Below are positions 30,401-45,150 of a stretch of DNA of 61,967 bases, piece after piece. Source of the DNA: Folioceros fuciformis (Eukaryota). Both the position numbers and the translations under genes were made by a program. Numbering within the stretch: the stretch's first letter is position 1; each line of letters opens with the position of its first letter. The notes under the pieces are model-generated. The model saw only the letters and a list, made by a program, of their open reading frames with translations. It had not been told where the DNA came from and ran no database searches. The stretch lies in assembly GCA_049999805.1 (NCBI GenBank), contig JBNGIO010005907.1, positions 1 to 61,967 of the forward strand, read 5' to 3'.

Positions 30401-33400
30401 GCTTGTTCAGCCAACAGTTTTGCTTGAAGCCTCTGGAGCTCTTTCTGCAGTGCCACCCTTTCTAAAGCAAGCCGCCTCTCAAGAGCCAATACTTCTTGCA
30501 AGTCCTTAGGAGTAAGATTAGCTAGAAGAGAAGCTTCTGGAAATTCAAGACTTAGAAGGTCCATCTTGTAAGGTGGCCCTGAAGCCCTCTCCAACCTCTC
30601 ATTGAAAAAGATACGATCAACATTCTTGTCCTCCTGTACTTTTGTAGAAGAGAACTCGAAGTTTGAGACACGCACAGTGTGCAATCTGTATTGCTGTGCA
30701 GCAAAGTCAATTCCTTGGGCAGGGAGTGGAGGCAAGTTGTGTAAGTGACCTTGCACTTCATTTGCTATGTTTTGCTCAGCATCCATCTCAAGATCACTCA
30801 TAGAAGCAATCTCTTGAAGAGTTTGCAACACATTTGTATACTGAAGGTGCTTGTCATCGTCGCCTGTTATCCCGCCTCCCAGGCTGTTCCAGAACCGAAC
30901 AAGTTGTCGGAGCAACCTTGAGACAAGCTCACGCTGGGTTCTCTGAGCTTCCGTAGCCATCTTCCAAACCTGTGGATATGCGAAGTATGACAACATAGGA
31001 AAACAAGCGAAACAAATGACTCTTTGCCTGTTTCGGCTTCCTGAAAAAGCAAACTTGCTTACTCTCCATAGAAGATTGACTAAGGCTGTCACATGTGGTC
31101 CATAGAGTGCAAGTTGCCTTTCCATAACTTGCAATGCAGCTTGTAGGACCCGTAACTGTTCATTCTTCTCTTCAAGGACACCTCTCAAATCAAGGTAAGC
31201 TTGAGACGCTCCAGATTTGAGCCCCAGAGTCCTTGGATCAGATAAACCACCCTGGAAAACCTCTATCATTCGTGGTGTGCTAGGAGAACCTGGACAAAGC
31301 ATCCAAGGCTCCTCTGACAGCACCGGCGATACAGCATCCCGTGTTTGAAGACCTTCCTCAACAGATCCGGTAATGGAACTTGCAATTGTTATGGATTTGA
31401 TCTGTTCACCTGCACTGGATGTAGAAGCAGGATACTGCAGTTGTCTATTTACAAATAGATCTTTGGTTTCCTGTAAGTAGCTCATCATATTGCGAAGTGA
31501 GTTCATGTCAATCATGAAAGCCTCTATGGTGTCCTGCAATTCTTGTTTCATAAAATCCAGCTGCTTTTTGCAATTTTCCAAGTCCGCCAGCAGCAGCTCT
31601 CTTTCCCCTGACAGATCAAATCAAAACAGAAATGAAAAATCTCTGTTCAACCAAAAAACCTGCAAAACCTTACTTGCTTGTTTGCAGATTGCGAGGGAAA
31701 TAGATATCGTCCTACAACACTGTTTCAGGAGCAGTCAGCCCAAGTGTCTCACCCTCGAGCAGCCTCATGACATCCGATTCATCCTGCAGTCTTTTCCTGA
31801 GCAGTGCCAACTCTCGCCGGAGAGCATCTATAAGAGCTTCCAGTTCCTCATTATTCGCTTTGCTACCTTTCAAAGTGTCTGACATTTTCTCATACTTCCG
31901 ATCCTTCTCTTCAAATAGCTTCTTTTGTTCCTCAATTTGTCTACGTGCCTTATCCAACTCCTGTCTCAAACTTTGCACAAGGTCCATCTGCTTACGCACA
32001 TCAGAAACTGAGCGTGAATGTAATCAATAGTACTAGATCTATGTGACCATCATTGGTAGAATTATGCCCATCTCACGATTGTGCTGAAAGGATTATGGTG
32101 TATCATCCATCACCTCAACCTACCTGATTCTTTAACGCTGGCAAAGCATCAGCTGTTTTTTGTCTCTCCGCTGCAAGTGCTTCCCTCAAAGCCTGCAATT
32201 CAGCTTTCAGTCCTTCTATCTCCGCATCCATGCGCAACTTCAGTGCGTCATACTTTGCCTGAAGCTCAGCTAGAAGCTTTCTCAGCCTCTCTAACTCATC
32301 AGTCATGGACCTTAATTGGCCTTGCATTTCCCGGCAAGATTCATCTTTGCTTTCACCTTGCTCCAAAGCGTTGTTGAGCCGCTTTTCTAAATCGTCAACT
32401 TGTGCCAAGGTCCTAGCAAGCTGTATGACAGCTCAGATTGTGTTGGTAGGAATTCAATGCTGCAGTCATAAATGACCTAATTAGCAGATGACATAAATGT
32501 AAAACGACGACTAATACAAGTTTAGGAGCCACGACTCTTAGACGAGCAAACGGATCTCCCGCAATATGTCACATTAAAATACGGAACCAACGCAAGAAGG
32601 AACTGACCTGATCTTGTAACTCTTTCAAAAGGAGATTTCTTTCATCCAGCTTTTCCTGCAATAGCTTTATCGCATCATTTGCCATGTTTAACATGCTGAG
32701 AACCTTCATTCCATTCCTCTGCAGAGATTCTGCTCTCTCCCCAAACCATGAAGCATCTGGTGAGGTGTCACCAGTGACTGCTTTCATGGCTTGATCAAGT
32801 GCCTTCAGAGAGTCGCTTATTTTCTCATACTCCTTTAACTTCTCCCTTAGAGCTCGGTTCTCCCGCTCTACACCTGTTCTGACAAATTACTTTGTTCAAG
32901 TATAATCGAATGACGATGCGTACTAACAGCGGTTGATTACTAACACGACTGCCTCTAGCTACATTAGGAGCTAAGAATCCAGTGGCCTAAAGGTTCCTTG
33001 GGTCCACTAGGAAGGGATCCACGGATGAACGTCAGCTGAGCAGCTTGACAGCTCAAACACGAAGTGAAATTGACAAAATGGGACATTTGTCTGACCCAAC
33101 TTGCTACGGCAAATTAGGGGATAATCACAGAAGTCAAGACCTACCCTGGAGTTTGGCAAGAAGTTCATTAGCCCTCTCAAGAGCAGATTTTAGAGCCAGA
33201 ATTTCAGCCTGTTGCTCTGCAATCATACGAGCATTCTCCAACAGCTTCTGCTGTGTTAGTTCAGCATCCTGGTTCATCTTGTCCCGATTCCTTAGCAGCT
33301 CGTCAATTTGGAGCCTGAGAACTGCATAAATGAGCAAGATACTGATGAACACTGACCTCTTGAACCCCTCAACCTGCAATCGCACACTGCCCTAAATATG

Positions 33401-34814
33401 CCCACAGATGAACCAGGCCAAGCGGTGCGAGCGTCTTCAAAGAAAATCTCTGATACTCACGTGCGTTCCGGGTGGACTCAAATTCATACAGCTCCTGTAA
33501 CGCATCCCTTTGCCTTCTCGCTTCGAGCTCACTCTCCCGAAGTCGAGCCAGCTCACTAAGAAGGTCAGCAATATCCTTCTCAAGCTTTGCAATCCGTTCC
33601 ATGTACACCTTAGCGAGGGCCTCTGCATCTTCCAAAGATTTGCTCGCAAATTTCTCTTGCGCTAGCCGCAGTGTTTCCCTAAGCTCAGCCAATTCAGCTT
33701 CCTGTTGACGCAACAGCTCTCTCAAAGCCGACATCTGTTCATACTGTTCCTGCAGAAGCTTTTTCAAGCGGTCTATCTCCTCTTGAGCTTTCGCACTCAT
33801 CACGTCCATTTCCGCCTTCATCTTGTTACACAGTTCCCGCAATGCAGCCAACTCGGCTTCCAAGTCCATGATCTGTTTCCTCAAAGTTTCAATAACCTCA
33901 TCCTGTTGCTTCCGGCGCTCCTTCTCCCGTTCCAGCTCCCTTGACATTACCATAAGCCTAACCTCCATCTTGCTCCGCAGCTCAAACCCTGCCGTCTCCT
34001 TCCTCGCCACACTCCCAACCCTATCTTTCCTCTCACCTAAAGACTTCCTTCTGTGCCCGATGGCTAAACCTTCTGCATCCCCCCACCGCTGCAAATGGCT
34101 AGTCAACAACTTGAAGGCCACCATGATCTTCTCCGTGTTCTCATCATCAACTTCAAAACCCTTGCCCCCTTTGAGGAAGTCATAAAACCCTGCCGTGTGA
34201 GCATACAGACTCCGATACACCATATCCACCTCCTCAGACTCCAGTCCAGAAAACATCAACCTGGCTCTATCCAAACCACTGGACATCAGGCCCCCGGACG
34301 CACTCTCCTGCAGGGACGTAGAACTGGCTGTCGCAAGCACCCTGCCCAGCATTCGATCAAGCCAAGCTTCGATCAGAATCTTTTCCTGCGTATCGATGTC
34401 CTGACTTCTAAGCCAGCTGTTGACTAAGGTGTTCTGCGAGCCTGTCACCTCGAAGCCAGTGGTGGGCAGGGACGACCTGCGCCTCCTCCTCATGGCCTCT
34501 GTGGTGGGTGGTGGTTCCATCCCCTCATCTGCTGAAGAGGGTCGTGGGGCCGATGTTCCCAAAAACGAGCCACCGTGAATGGTTGAAGGTCGAGGATCAG
34601 CATCAGTTCTAGGCACCTTTGCACGGGGAATAACGCGCTTCCTAGTCAAGCTCTCCGCAAGCTGGGTATCAAAAGAGACCTCCTTCCGCACACGCGTATT
34701 CTCAGCTACATCCTTCCCCTCTCCTCCTGACGCACTGCCCGGCTCCCCTCCTGCCATGGTGGGGGCAGGATCGATATGCATCTGTCCGGTACGCAAACCA
34801 AAGGCAGCACCCAA
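27496..34814 (-). CDS. Large multi-exon protein: long coiled coil, a helical domain, an S/P/R-rich linker and a C-terminal inactive peptidase M48-like domain
   Basis: Consecutive minus-strand exons: E/K/L/Q-rich heptads (30.4-34.0 kb) and IYAAKIKDD...PEFMYLYYRKRYGL (29.6-29.85 kb). M48-like segments QLPQMHVLL, AYTWCLQGSPPAII, ELVGDRAALIV and SHSLAVLRAREL lie at 27.5-28.9 kb. The start and the single-gene continuity are inferred. Confidence 0.65.
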
Positions 34815-35279
34815 CTCCTTCCTTGTCTTCAGTACGACAAAACAAAAAATAGCCTACAGGCTGCAAGCAGCCATGGGTTCCTGCTGTGATTCAAGGGAGC
34901 CTCCACGGTCCCGCTGACGCGACAGAACCTGTTCGTTGGGAATGTAATAACGCCCTCCCCACCAGCACCAGTGGGCCAAACTCAATTTAGCTTTTCACTA
35001 CCCATCTGTGTGCACAGGTTAACGGTCCCTTGTCCGCCCAGTCAGACATTCACGCGCCAAGGGAGGGAGAGGAAGTTGCCGCGTTTGGTTCCAGTTACTG
35101 TGGAACTTTAGGTGTAGCATTTAGAGGGTTTGGCCTGAGACCTCGGATTTAGCCACGGTCCGATTTAAGTCTGTGTACAGCATAGTATTTGGATCCAACG
35201 AAGCGGGCAGGAGATGGTCAATTACGTGAGGGCTTAGATTTGTTTTCCCTAGGCCGCCTGGGTCGAGAGGAAACAACTG

Positions 35280-35379
35280 NNNNNNNNNNNNNNNNNNNNN
35301 NNNNNNNNNNNNNNNNNNNNNNNNNNNNNNNNNNNNNNNNNNNNNNNNNNNNNNNNNNNNNNNNNNNNNNNNNNNNNNN
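35280..35379. other. Assembly gap (N run)
   Basis: Run of N. Other gaps lie at ~1059-1068, 1333-1432 and 61372-61381. Confidence 0.99.
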
Positions 35380-35470
35380 CGACAGCACGTTGTGTTTTCG
35401 AAATTCTTAAGAAAAAAATGTAATGGAACGCGTAAACAAGTGACCAGTTTTCTTTCGAGAAATATCTCGC

Positions 35471-37220
35471 TTACTTTCCGAGAAGACGAATCTCTGCCAT
35501 GCCCTCCCTTCTAGTCGGTGAATACCACATCACAAACTTTGCAGCGCCTGTGGGTTCCAGTGAGCAGTCTATTCCATAACTTAGATCCTGCATCTCGGGC
35601 CATGAGCACGGAACGCACTGATCCATGACATACCTTGCATCTACCCGAGCTCGGAGGGGCCCGACGACCTGCCATGTAAAACGTGAAAAATTGCGAACCC
35701 TCGTGAAAGGACGAAGCAAAAGGACATGAAGGGCTTTCCTTCAGGAAAGGCGAGGAAGTGACTACCTGCTGCTGCAAAGTAAGAGCGATGGTTGGACCAT
35801 TCCTGTCCTCCTTAGCAAGCGCGGTGGTCGCTCCACCTTCAGCGGAGGATGGCAATGCAGCTGCCAGGGCTGATGCAGAGCCAACATCTATCCGGGCTCC
35901 AAACTTGGTGTGATCAAACAGAGCTCTCTGGAATAAGCCGAACTGCGCATCCAGACCAAGGGAAGCAAACGCATCCGCCGATACCAGAGAATTGTAGGGC
36001 CGCGCTTCTACACCATCATGCACCTCCTCACCTCCTCCAGGAACTGTTAGGCGTGTTGCAGCTGCCAGCCCCCCTGCGCAGAAAGGAAGCGCACACGCAT
36101 CACAGACCCGCACCTGCCAATCCAATCCAAATTGTTCGAGCTAGAGAAGTTCCTCACCAACGATGGCAGAGAGAATGACATGAGGCTGTGCAGCAATCAA
36201 GTTATAGGGTTTCCTCCTCCGTCGTCCCCCCGGCGTGTGTACACCTTTCCACAATTGCACCGCATTCTCGAACGAGACAGCAGCCTGGGCACGTGTGCCG
36301 GGCAGTGCAGCCGAGGGCACACTCTTCACAACTTGCGGCGGGCATGTCTGCTGTGGAGTCCCCGCACTGTGCTGCACCCCCACTCGGTAGCGCAGCCCCG
36401 TCTTGGCCCCCACAGAACTCAAATCCAGAGACACAACCTGCGGCACATCCCAGTAGCAGGCGTCCTTGTCCACAAGCTGCTCATGCCAAGCCCCCTCACA
36501 TACCACATCATGTCTTTGGAGCTGCACTGAGCACCGCAATCAGGCCCCGTTGTCAGAAACAGGGGAATACTCACTCGTTATCCTTCATCACCACAAACTG
36601 CAAACCAGCAAAACAGGCAAGGGAAACAAGACAAGGACCGAAACCCTAACCTTTTTACGCAGACTCACACGAGATCGCCACCCCTGCGAGGTGTCGCCTA
36701 TCGACTCCAGCTCCGAAACAGCAGACAAGGTGAAGTTCGGCGCCAGCTTCACATGCGCACGGGCACCGAGCGCGAACAAGCTCCCGTCCAGGCACTGGCC
36801 GAGCAGGTCGCGGAATCCGTTGCTTTCACTCCACAGCCGCTGCGCCCTCAGGCGTCCGGTCACAGTTCCCCACCTGAGCAGGGAGTAACATCAACGTCCC
36901 CAGCAATCCTTCCAAAAGACATCAAATGGCAATGTAATCCGAGCACTGCGTCTACCCAGTAACCCTCCTCACCAGCCAGGTCCGCCAGCGCTGGCCAGCA
37001 CCCGGTCCAGCACCAGCCCGGAATCAGGCACCAAGGACGGCGTGCACGGAAGCCGTATCAACTGCTGCAGCAGCAGCAGTTGCTGCGAGCGGGAGAGCTT
37101 GGAGGACCTCAGCAGCCCCAGGGGAGGCGGCTCCAGGGCCACGCTACGGGCCACGGCCTCCACCGACCTGGCAGACTCAACCTCCTCATTCCAGAACTTG
37201 GCAGCCAGAACAGACTGCAT
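35471..37220 (-). CDS. TGD4: Trigalactosyldiacylglycerol 4-like chloroplast outer-envelope lipid transfer protein (multi-exon)
   Basis: N-terminus FW...ARSVALEPPPLGLLRSSKLSRSQQL, YWDVP..SLDLSSVG...GLRYRVG, QVVGPLRARVD and C-terminal WYSPTRREGMAEIRL match the TGD4 family. Confidence 0.88.
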
Positions 37221-38209
37221 CGCAGGCTCTTTCTTCCTTCGCGCTCTTCCCTTCAGCATGCAGTCCTCCTTAGCCCTAAGCTGGTGCACGGCGCCGACGC
37301 CATGGCCAAGGCAGGGAACGAGCCGGAAGCTTCCTCACGTTCGCACTGGCGCCACCATCGCCTCCTCCGATGGGGTGCGCCGCACGCAGCGCGCCCTGCG
37401 CTCTCAGAGCAGCCGGCCGAGGAAGTGGCTGGGGCAGCACTACATGGTGGACGACAAGGTGAACGAGCGGATCGTGGAGGCGGCCCTCGTCGGGCCGGGG
37501 GACGTGGTGCTCGAGATCGGGCCGGGGACGGGGGCTTTGACGGAGGTTCTGGCGAGGGCTGGGGCGAAGGTCGTGGCCGTGGAGAAGGACCGCGAGATGT
37601 TTGCTCTCGTGTCGGAACGATTCCGGGACAGGGGTGAGCAGGTGGAGGTCGTGTTGCGGGACGTTTTGGATTGGCCCGTGCGGGCTTACATGAGCGACAA
37701 GCTCGCTTCCATTTCACCCTGCTGCAAGCCCTGCAAGCTGGTGTCCAATCTGCCCTTCAACATCACGTCGGACGTGGTGAAGATGATCCTACCCATGGGC
37801 GACCTCTTCTCAGACCTGGTGTTGCTGCTGCAGGACGAGGCGGCGGCGCGGCTCGTGAGCGCGGCGCCGGGGTCATCGAACTATCGGGCCATGAGTGTTT
37901 TCGTGAATTTCTTCTCCCGCCCGGAGTACCGATTCCCCGTTCCGAGGAGGAGCTTCTTCCCGGAGCCGAATGTGGATGCCGCGCTGGTCGCGTTCCGGGT
38001 GAAGCAGGCGAGGGAGTATCCGGCTGTGGCGTCGCAGAAGGCGTTTTTCTCCCTCGTCAGCTCCGCGTTTAACAGTAAGAGGAAGATGCTGAGGACGTCG
38101 CTCACGCACCTGTACAGCTCCGGGGACTTGCAGGAGGCGCTGCGGGCTGTTGGCAAGCCCGTCACGTCCAGGCCGGAGGAGCTCGGGTTAGAGGAGTTTG
38201 TTGCCTTCT

Positions 38210-40565
<2,356 letters not shown>

Positions 40566-40789
40566 GGTAGAAGAATGACAACCTCAGCAGCCGCTTGATG
40601 TCCAAATCTGCATGAGCTGAAGCCGGGCATAGGCAGACCCGGCCACGAAGATTCCAGGCCACAGTTGTGTGCTACGTCAAGACTGGAGGGAAGTGTCCCA
40701 GAGGCGGGAACATGGTTGTTGGAAGCAGTTACCCCGTTTCCCGAAACCCTAGAAGCTTTCACTCGCAAAACGTTTCACGTCTGGAAGCC

Positions 40790-42166
40790 ATGGAACCAAG
40801 GAATCATGTGTTCAGACCAGGGCTGAAGATCGGTCACGTTCCCAGACAAGACAGGCCTGTCGTCCCAGTCTGGTCTAGATCCTGCTCCCAAACAGATAAC
40901 GGTTGCTCAGACCGACCCTGGAGCTTGCTTGATTGATGTAGACCGCCTTGAGCTTACGGTGGACGCCACGCAGCAATTTTTGAGAGCGGGCTTAGGGGAG
41001 AACGCACTGAGCACTTGCATGAGTGGCGGGGCTTATGGCCATGGATCCGGACGTGGACTCCATGGAGAAAGTGAAGACAGGATTGTGCGAGCCCACCAAA
41101 GTTCTGCTGGAGAGCCATAGGCTACTCCCCCTGCTCACTCAGTTCAAGGTGCTTTCAAGAAAGCAGAGCAACCGCAAGAGCGTGGGAGAGACATGCGTGT
41201 CGGCGCTCATCCGGCATCTCAACAACGCGGCGTGCACACCGAGGATAAAAGCAGAGGGAGCAAACGTGGTGCTCAACATCTGCTATGAGAAGGAGAACGT
41301 GGACGTCGTGTTGCGGTGCGGAGGAGCTGCAACATTAGTAGGATTCTTGGGATCAGCAGAGGAGGAGCTCCAAGCCAACGCGGCCGGGGCGCTGCAGAGC
41401 ATCTGCTTCCAGCCGGAGGGCCGCCGAATGGTGCGAGAGCTGGGAGCGATTCCGCCTCTCGTAGACTTGCTCACGTCCCCGTCCACGAACGTGAGTGACG
41501 CACGCGTGCAGATCTGGAGTCCTGTCTTGCACAGTGAGGTGTAAGGCATTGCAGATTGTTGAACTCCGGGTCGGAGCTCACGGGAGTCGGGGGAATGGGA
41601 TTCTTCTCTTTCAGGTGAAGGCCCGGGCAGTCGGGGCGTTGCATAACATGAGCTCGGATGTGGACTCCATCCGCATCATCCGCAAGAAAGGAGGAATCAA
41701 GTCGCTCATCAAGCTGCTCCAGAGCAACCAGCCTTGCATCTGCGGTTCCGTGGCGGGAGCGCTGCAGAATGTCTCCCGGGAGGTGGCCAGCCGCCTCATC
41801 ATCCGGGACAGCGATGCCATCCCCTCTCTCGTCAATCTGCTCAACAGCCCTGACATCCAGACGCAAGTAAGTCCCCTGGCCCGCACAGAGACACCGAAGG
41901 CTGCTCATCCCGGCTCCTTGCGCACTCGAGGTTCCTGTCGAGTAACTCTGCGACGCGGCCTATGGCAGGTGTGTGCGGCGGGAGCTCTGCTGAATGTCCT
42001 GGGGCCTGAGATGGCCGAGGATTCACCGCCCAACAAGCAGGCCGCGGGGGGACTGACCAAGCGTCAAGCCTTCGTGCGCACCATCACCTCCATGCTCACA
42101 ACTAGTATTGTCTTCCACACTTGCTTCGCTCCAGATTCCACCACAGGTTCCTCCCTTGGCCACTGA
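40790..42166 (+). CDS. Armadillo-repeat protein (introns ~41491-41614 and ~41867-41968); 5' part uncertain or frameshifted
   Basis: ARM repeats QANAAGALQSIC, GAIPPLVDLL, RAVGALHNMS and GSVAGALQNVS. Confidence 0.8.
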
Positions 42167-42743
42167 TTCTAACCACTCCTCACGTGTTACTTTAGGAGTT
42201 GAACAGCTCCCTTTGAGCACCTTATCCAATTGTTGTCCACAAAGAGTGGTGTATACAAATATTTCTTCTCAAATCAAAACAAACATCCTTGTGGCAGGAG
42301 CAATTGCTGAGGTCAAAGCTTGAGCTCAAGAGCGAGAGAACTGCAGGATACTACACCCTTCACCATGAAAACGATCTGGTTCAGAGGGTGATACCACTTT
42401 AGACATACTCCTTTTCTACAAGTGAGGATACAAAGCGTCTGCAAGCAGAAATCCTCCTGTGGACTGGGCCAAAGAAAGCGCGAACTTCAATTGCCGTTCA
42501 TTCACATGTGGTGGACGGGGACAAAACATTTCCTAAGGAGCAGGAGCAAAAAAAGATAATACTACCAAATACATCGAAGGCCCAGTACTATTCCCTCGAT
42601 CTGTTCAATTTTATCCACAAGGACAAGAAGAATTTCCATTCCAACCTGTAAGCTCTGCGTGAGGAACTACTTCAACAGCTACATCCACATTCCTCCAAGT
42701 CGATCGCTCTATTATACAATCAGGAGGCTCCACCCAAAGCCCA

Positions 42744-44805
42744 TCATTTCGGCGAGAAATCGTACTCACAGCTACCGTTGTCGCTCTTGGCTGTGGGGTC
42801 ATAATTTTTGGCGGAGGGATCTGTGCATCCTTCAGGGGCCTTTGGCAAGTTGACGTTCTGAGCCGCTTTGCCTGCGGGAATGGAAAAGACCCAAGAAGGG
42901 GTTACACAACCACGAATGGATGGTTGGCGGAAACAGCCAAGAAGAATTGAGGAAGAAAATTCCTACAGATCAAACTGGAGGAGGCCTAAAGAAACATGGA
43001 AACGGCAGACCAGGCCGGCTTGTAAAGCGGTCCCTGGGTATCTACTAATTACCATAGTAAGTAGCCCCCTTGGCGGTGTTTTCATCGTTATTCTCATCTC
43101 CAAGTGCAGCAGTAAACATGTATTTGTCGGCAAGTTGTACTCTCTTCACGTTCTCCTGCTCCTCCACAAGCAGGTCCCCATACGCCATCAGGATAGCCAG
43201 AGACATTGGGGGCTTTTGGAATTTAGGGGGTCCGCCCTTGGCGTTAACCAGCTTCTTTCCGATGTTCTCCACTCCGTTGATGGAGATCCACTTCCTCACC
43301 TCATCATCGTACACACGGGCCCTGAGCGCACCGAAGAAATCTACAGATCACACATCACAGACCACGGATTAGTCAGCCCAAACAAGGAGTAAACAACCAG
43401 CACGCGCGGGGACGCTAATAGTCTGCGTACCAATGGACTGGCCAGGGAATCTATCCACCAGCTTGATGACCTCAGAGTGTGTCACACCGTCGTTCCTGAA
43501 AATACCCTTACAGACACCAATCCGATCGTCCCGGGTGGGGGCCCAGTAAAACTTCTCCATACGTCCGTCACGGATAAGGGGTGCGTAAAGTGTGGAGAAG
43601 TCGTTTCCCGTGACGACAATAGGCACCCTGGGGATAGTTTCCTTATTGTACACACCCGGCAGCTGCACATTGGTGGGGTTGTCGGCGATGTTCATGAGGG
43701 TGGCGTTCACCATCTGATTGTTCACTGTGTACTGGGTGTTCAATCCCATCCTTCCGGCACCGGCATCGAGATCGTTGATGAACAGGACACACATTTTTCC
43801 TTTCTTAATGATGTCGGACGCCTCACGATACCTCTGCCTGATGAGCCTAGCAGGCTCTCCGGCGTTACCACTCTCCAACTCTCCGGCGCTCATGGCGATT
43901 GGGCTGCACAAGAGAGTCCAGCCCCGACGTTAGCCACCGCCCACCGCCTAGATTAGCTCAACCTTATACACCAACCAGCTCCTCTTACTTGATCCCGAGC
44001 TTAGACAGCACAAGCTCGCACTGGAACGACTTCCCCTGTCCCTTTCCTCCCCAGATGCCGAGAATGAGGGGAACCTGGCACACCGAGGTTCGTGAGAAAA
44101 AGCAGCACAAAATACACAAACGGCAGAACAGGATACAGTCACCGCACAACCGAACCTTGATGCTGGGCAAAGTCAAGAAATTCTTGGCAATGTGGATGAC
44201 GAGCTTATCCATGAAGGCGGGAGCAATGTAGAACCCATCCTTCGTGTTGTCAAAGCTCCAGCTGAAAGCGCCAACACCAGCAGGAGGTAAGCAACAGGCT
44301 GCGGAACCGCACGCAATCTCCCAGAAGCATGAGTAGGGAAGGAAGAGAGAAAGCAACACTCACACCCTCTGCGACGTGCTGAGGTACTCGTAGGAGCTCA
44401 TGATGGCGGTTTGGGTACCCACACCCAGTGCGCCCTGGAACAGCTGGTCCACCATACCCTTACCCCGCGTGATATCCTGCTGGTCGTCAGAGGTGTCCGT
44501 CCCGAGACCCGCCCACCGGTCGGCGCACACCACCCGCGCCTTGCCGGCTGACACACCCAGAGCGGCATTGGCAGACTTCTTCTTCAGCCCGGCGCCCAGG
44601 AAAGCGGAGGAGGGCGTGCACTTAACGCCTGCAGCTGCGCTCCTGGCCCCTGACTGAGAGTTCAAGGCCACGGCCTGGACACGAACCGAAAGCACATCAG
44701 GTCACAGAGGCAGCAGACGGCGGTGACACAGGGCAGCGGACGAACACAGGTGCGGAAAGGAACCTGAGAGGCAGCCACAGCTTGGATGGCGGAGGAGGCA
44801 GCCAT
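42744..44805 (-). CDS. RCA: Rubisco activase (multi-exon) with a redox C-terminal-extension exon at 42744-42871
   Basis: Motifs [42 protein letters not shown] and [15 protein letters not shown]. The last exon reads GKAAQ...[25 protein letters not shown]. Confidence 0.96.
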
Positions 44806-45150
44806 GGTTCCTTCCTTCCTTCCTCGTCCTCCGTGCGTCTCTGAAGGCTTCTCAGGATCGAAATGTAGACGGCCGGGGAGCTTTATCAACAGCACCCCAA
44901 CCGGATGGCGCTCCCGTGAAGATGAGCCTCACATTCTCTGCGCGGTGGATTGCGCTTCATCACCTGCCACCTGGCGAGGCAGTGGCCACCTGTTAATCCC
45001 CGGTTTTAATTTCGGGGCCCCAGCGCTGAGGAGAGACTCCCCTCGGACTCTCGCGTTCACACATCCCACCAGGGATTTCGTCAATTTCTATGACTATTTC
45101 TTTATTTCGCTTCGAAAAAACAGACCAGGGCAACACTTTGGTCCACACAC

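Noticed and set aside
37042-37257. PFC1 N-terminal extension from GTG 37042
   Set aside because: It is antisense to TGD4 exon 1. ATG 37258 already gives a plausible transit peptide.
44880-44990. Light-responsive elements (GATGAG, GCCAC) upstream of RCA
   Set aside because: Plausible, but the motifs are too short to support from sequence alone.
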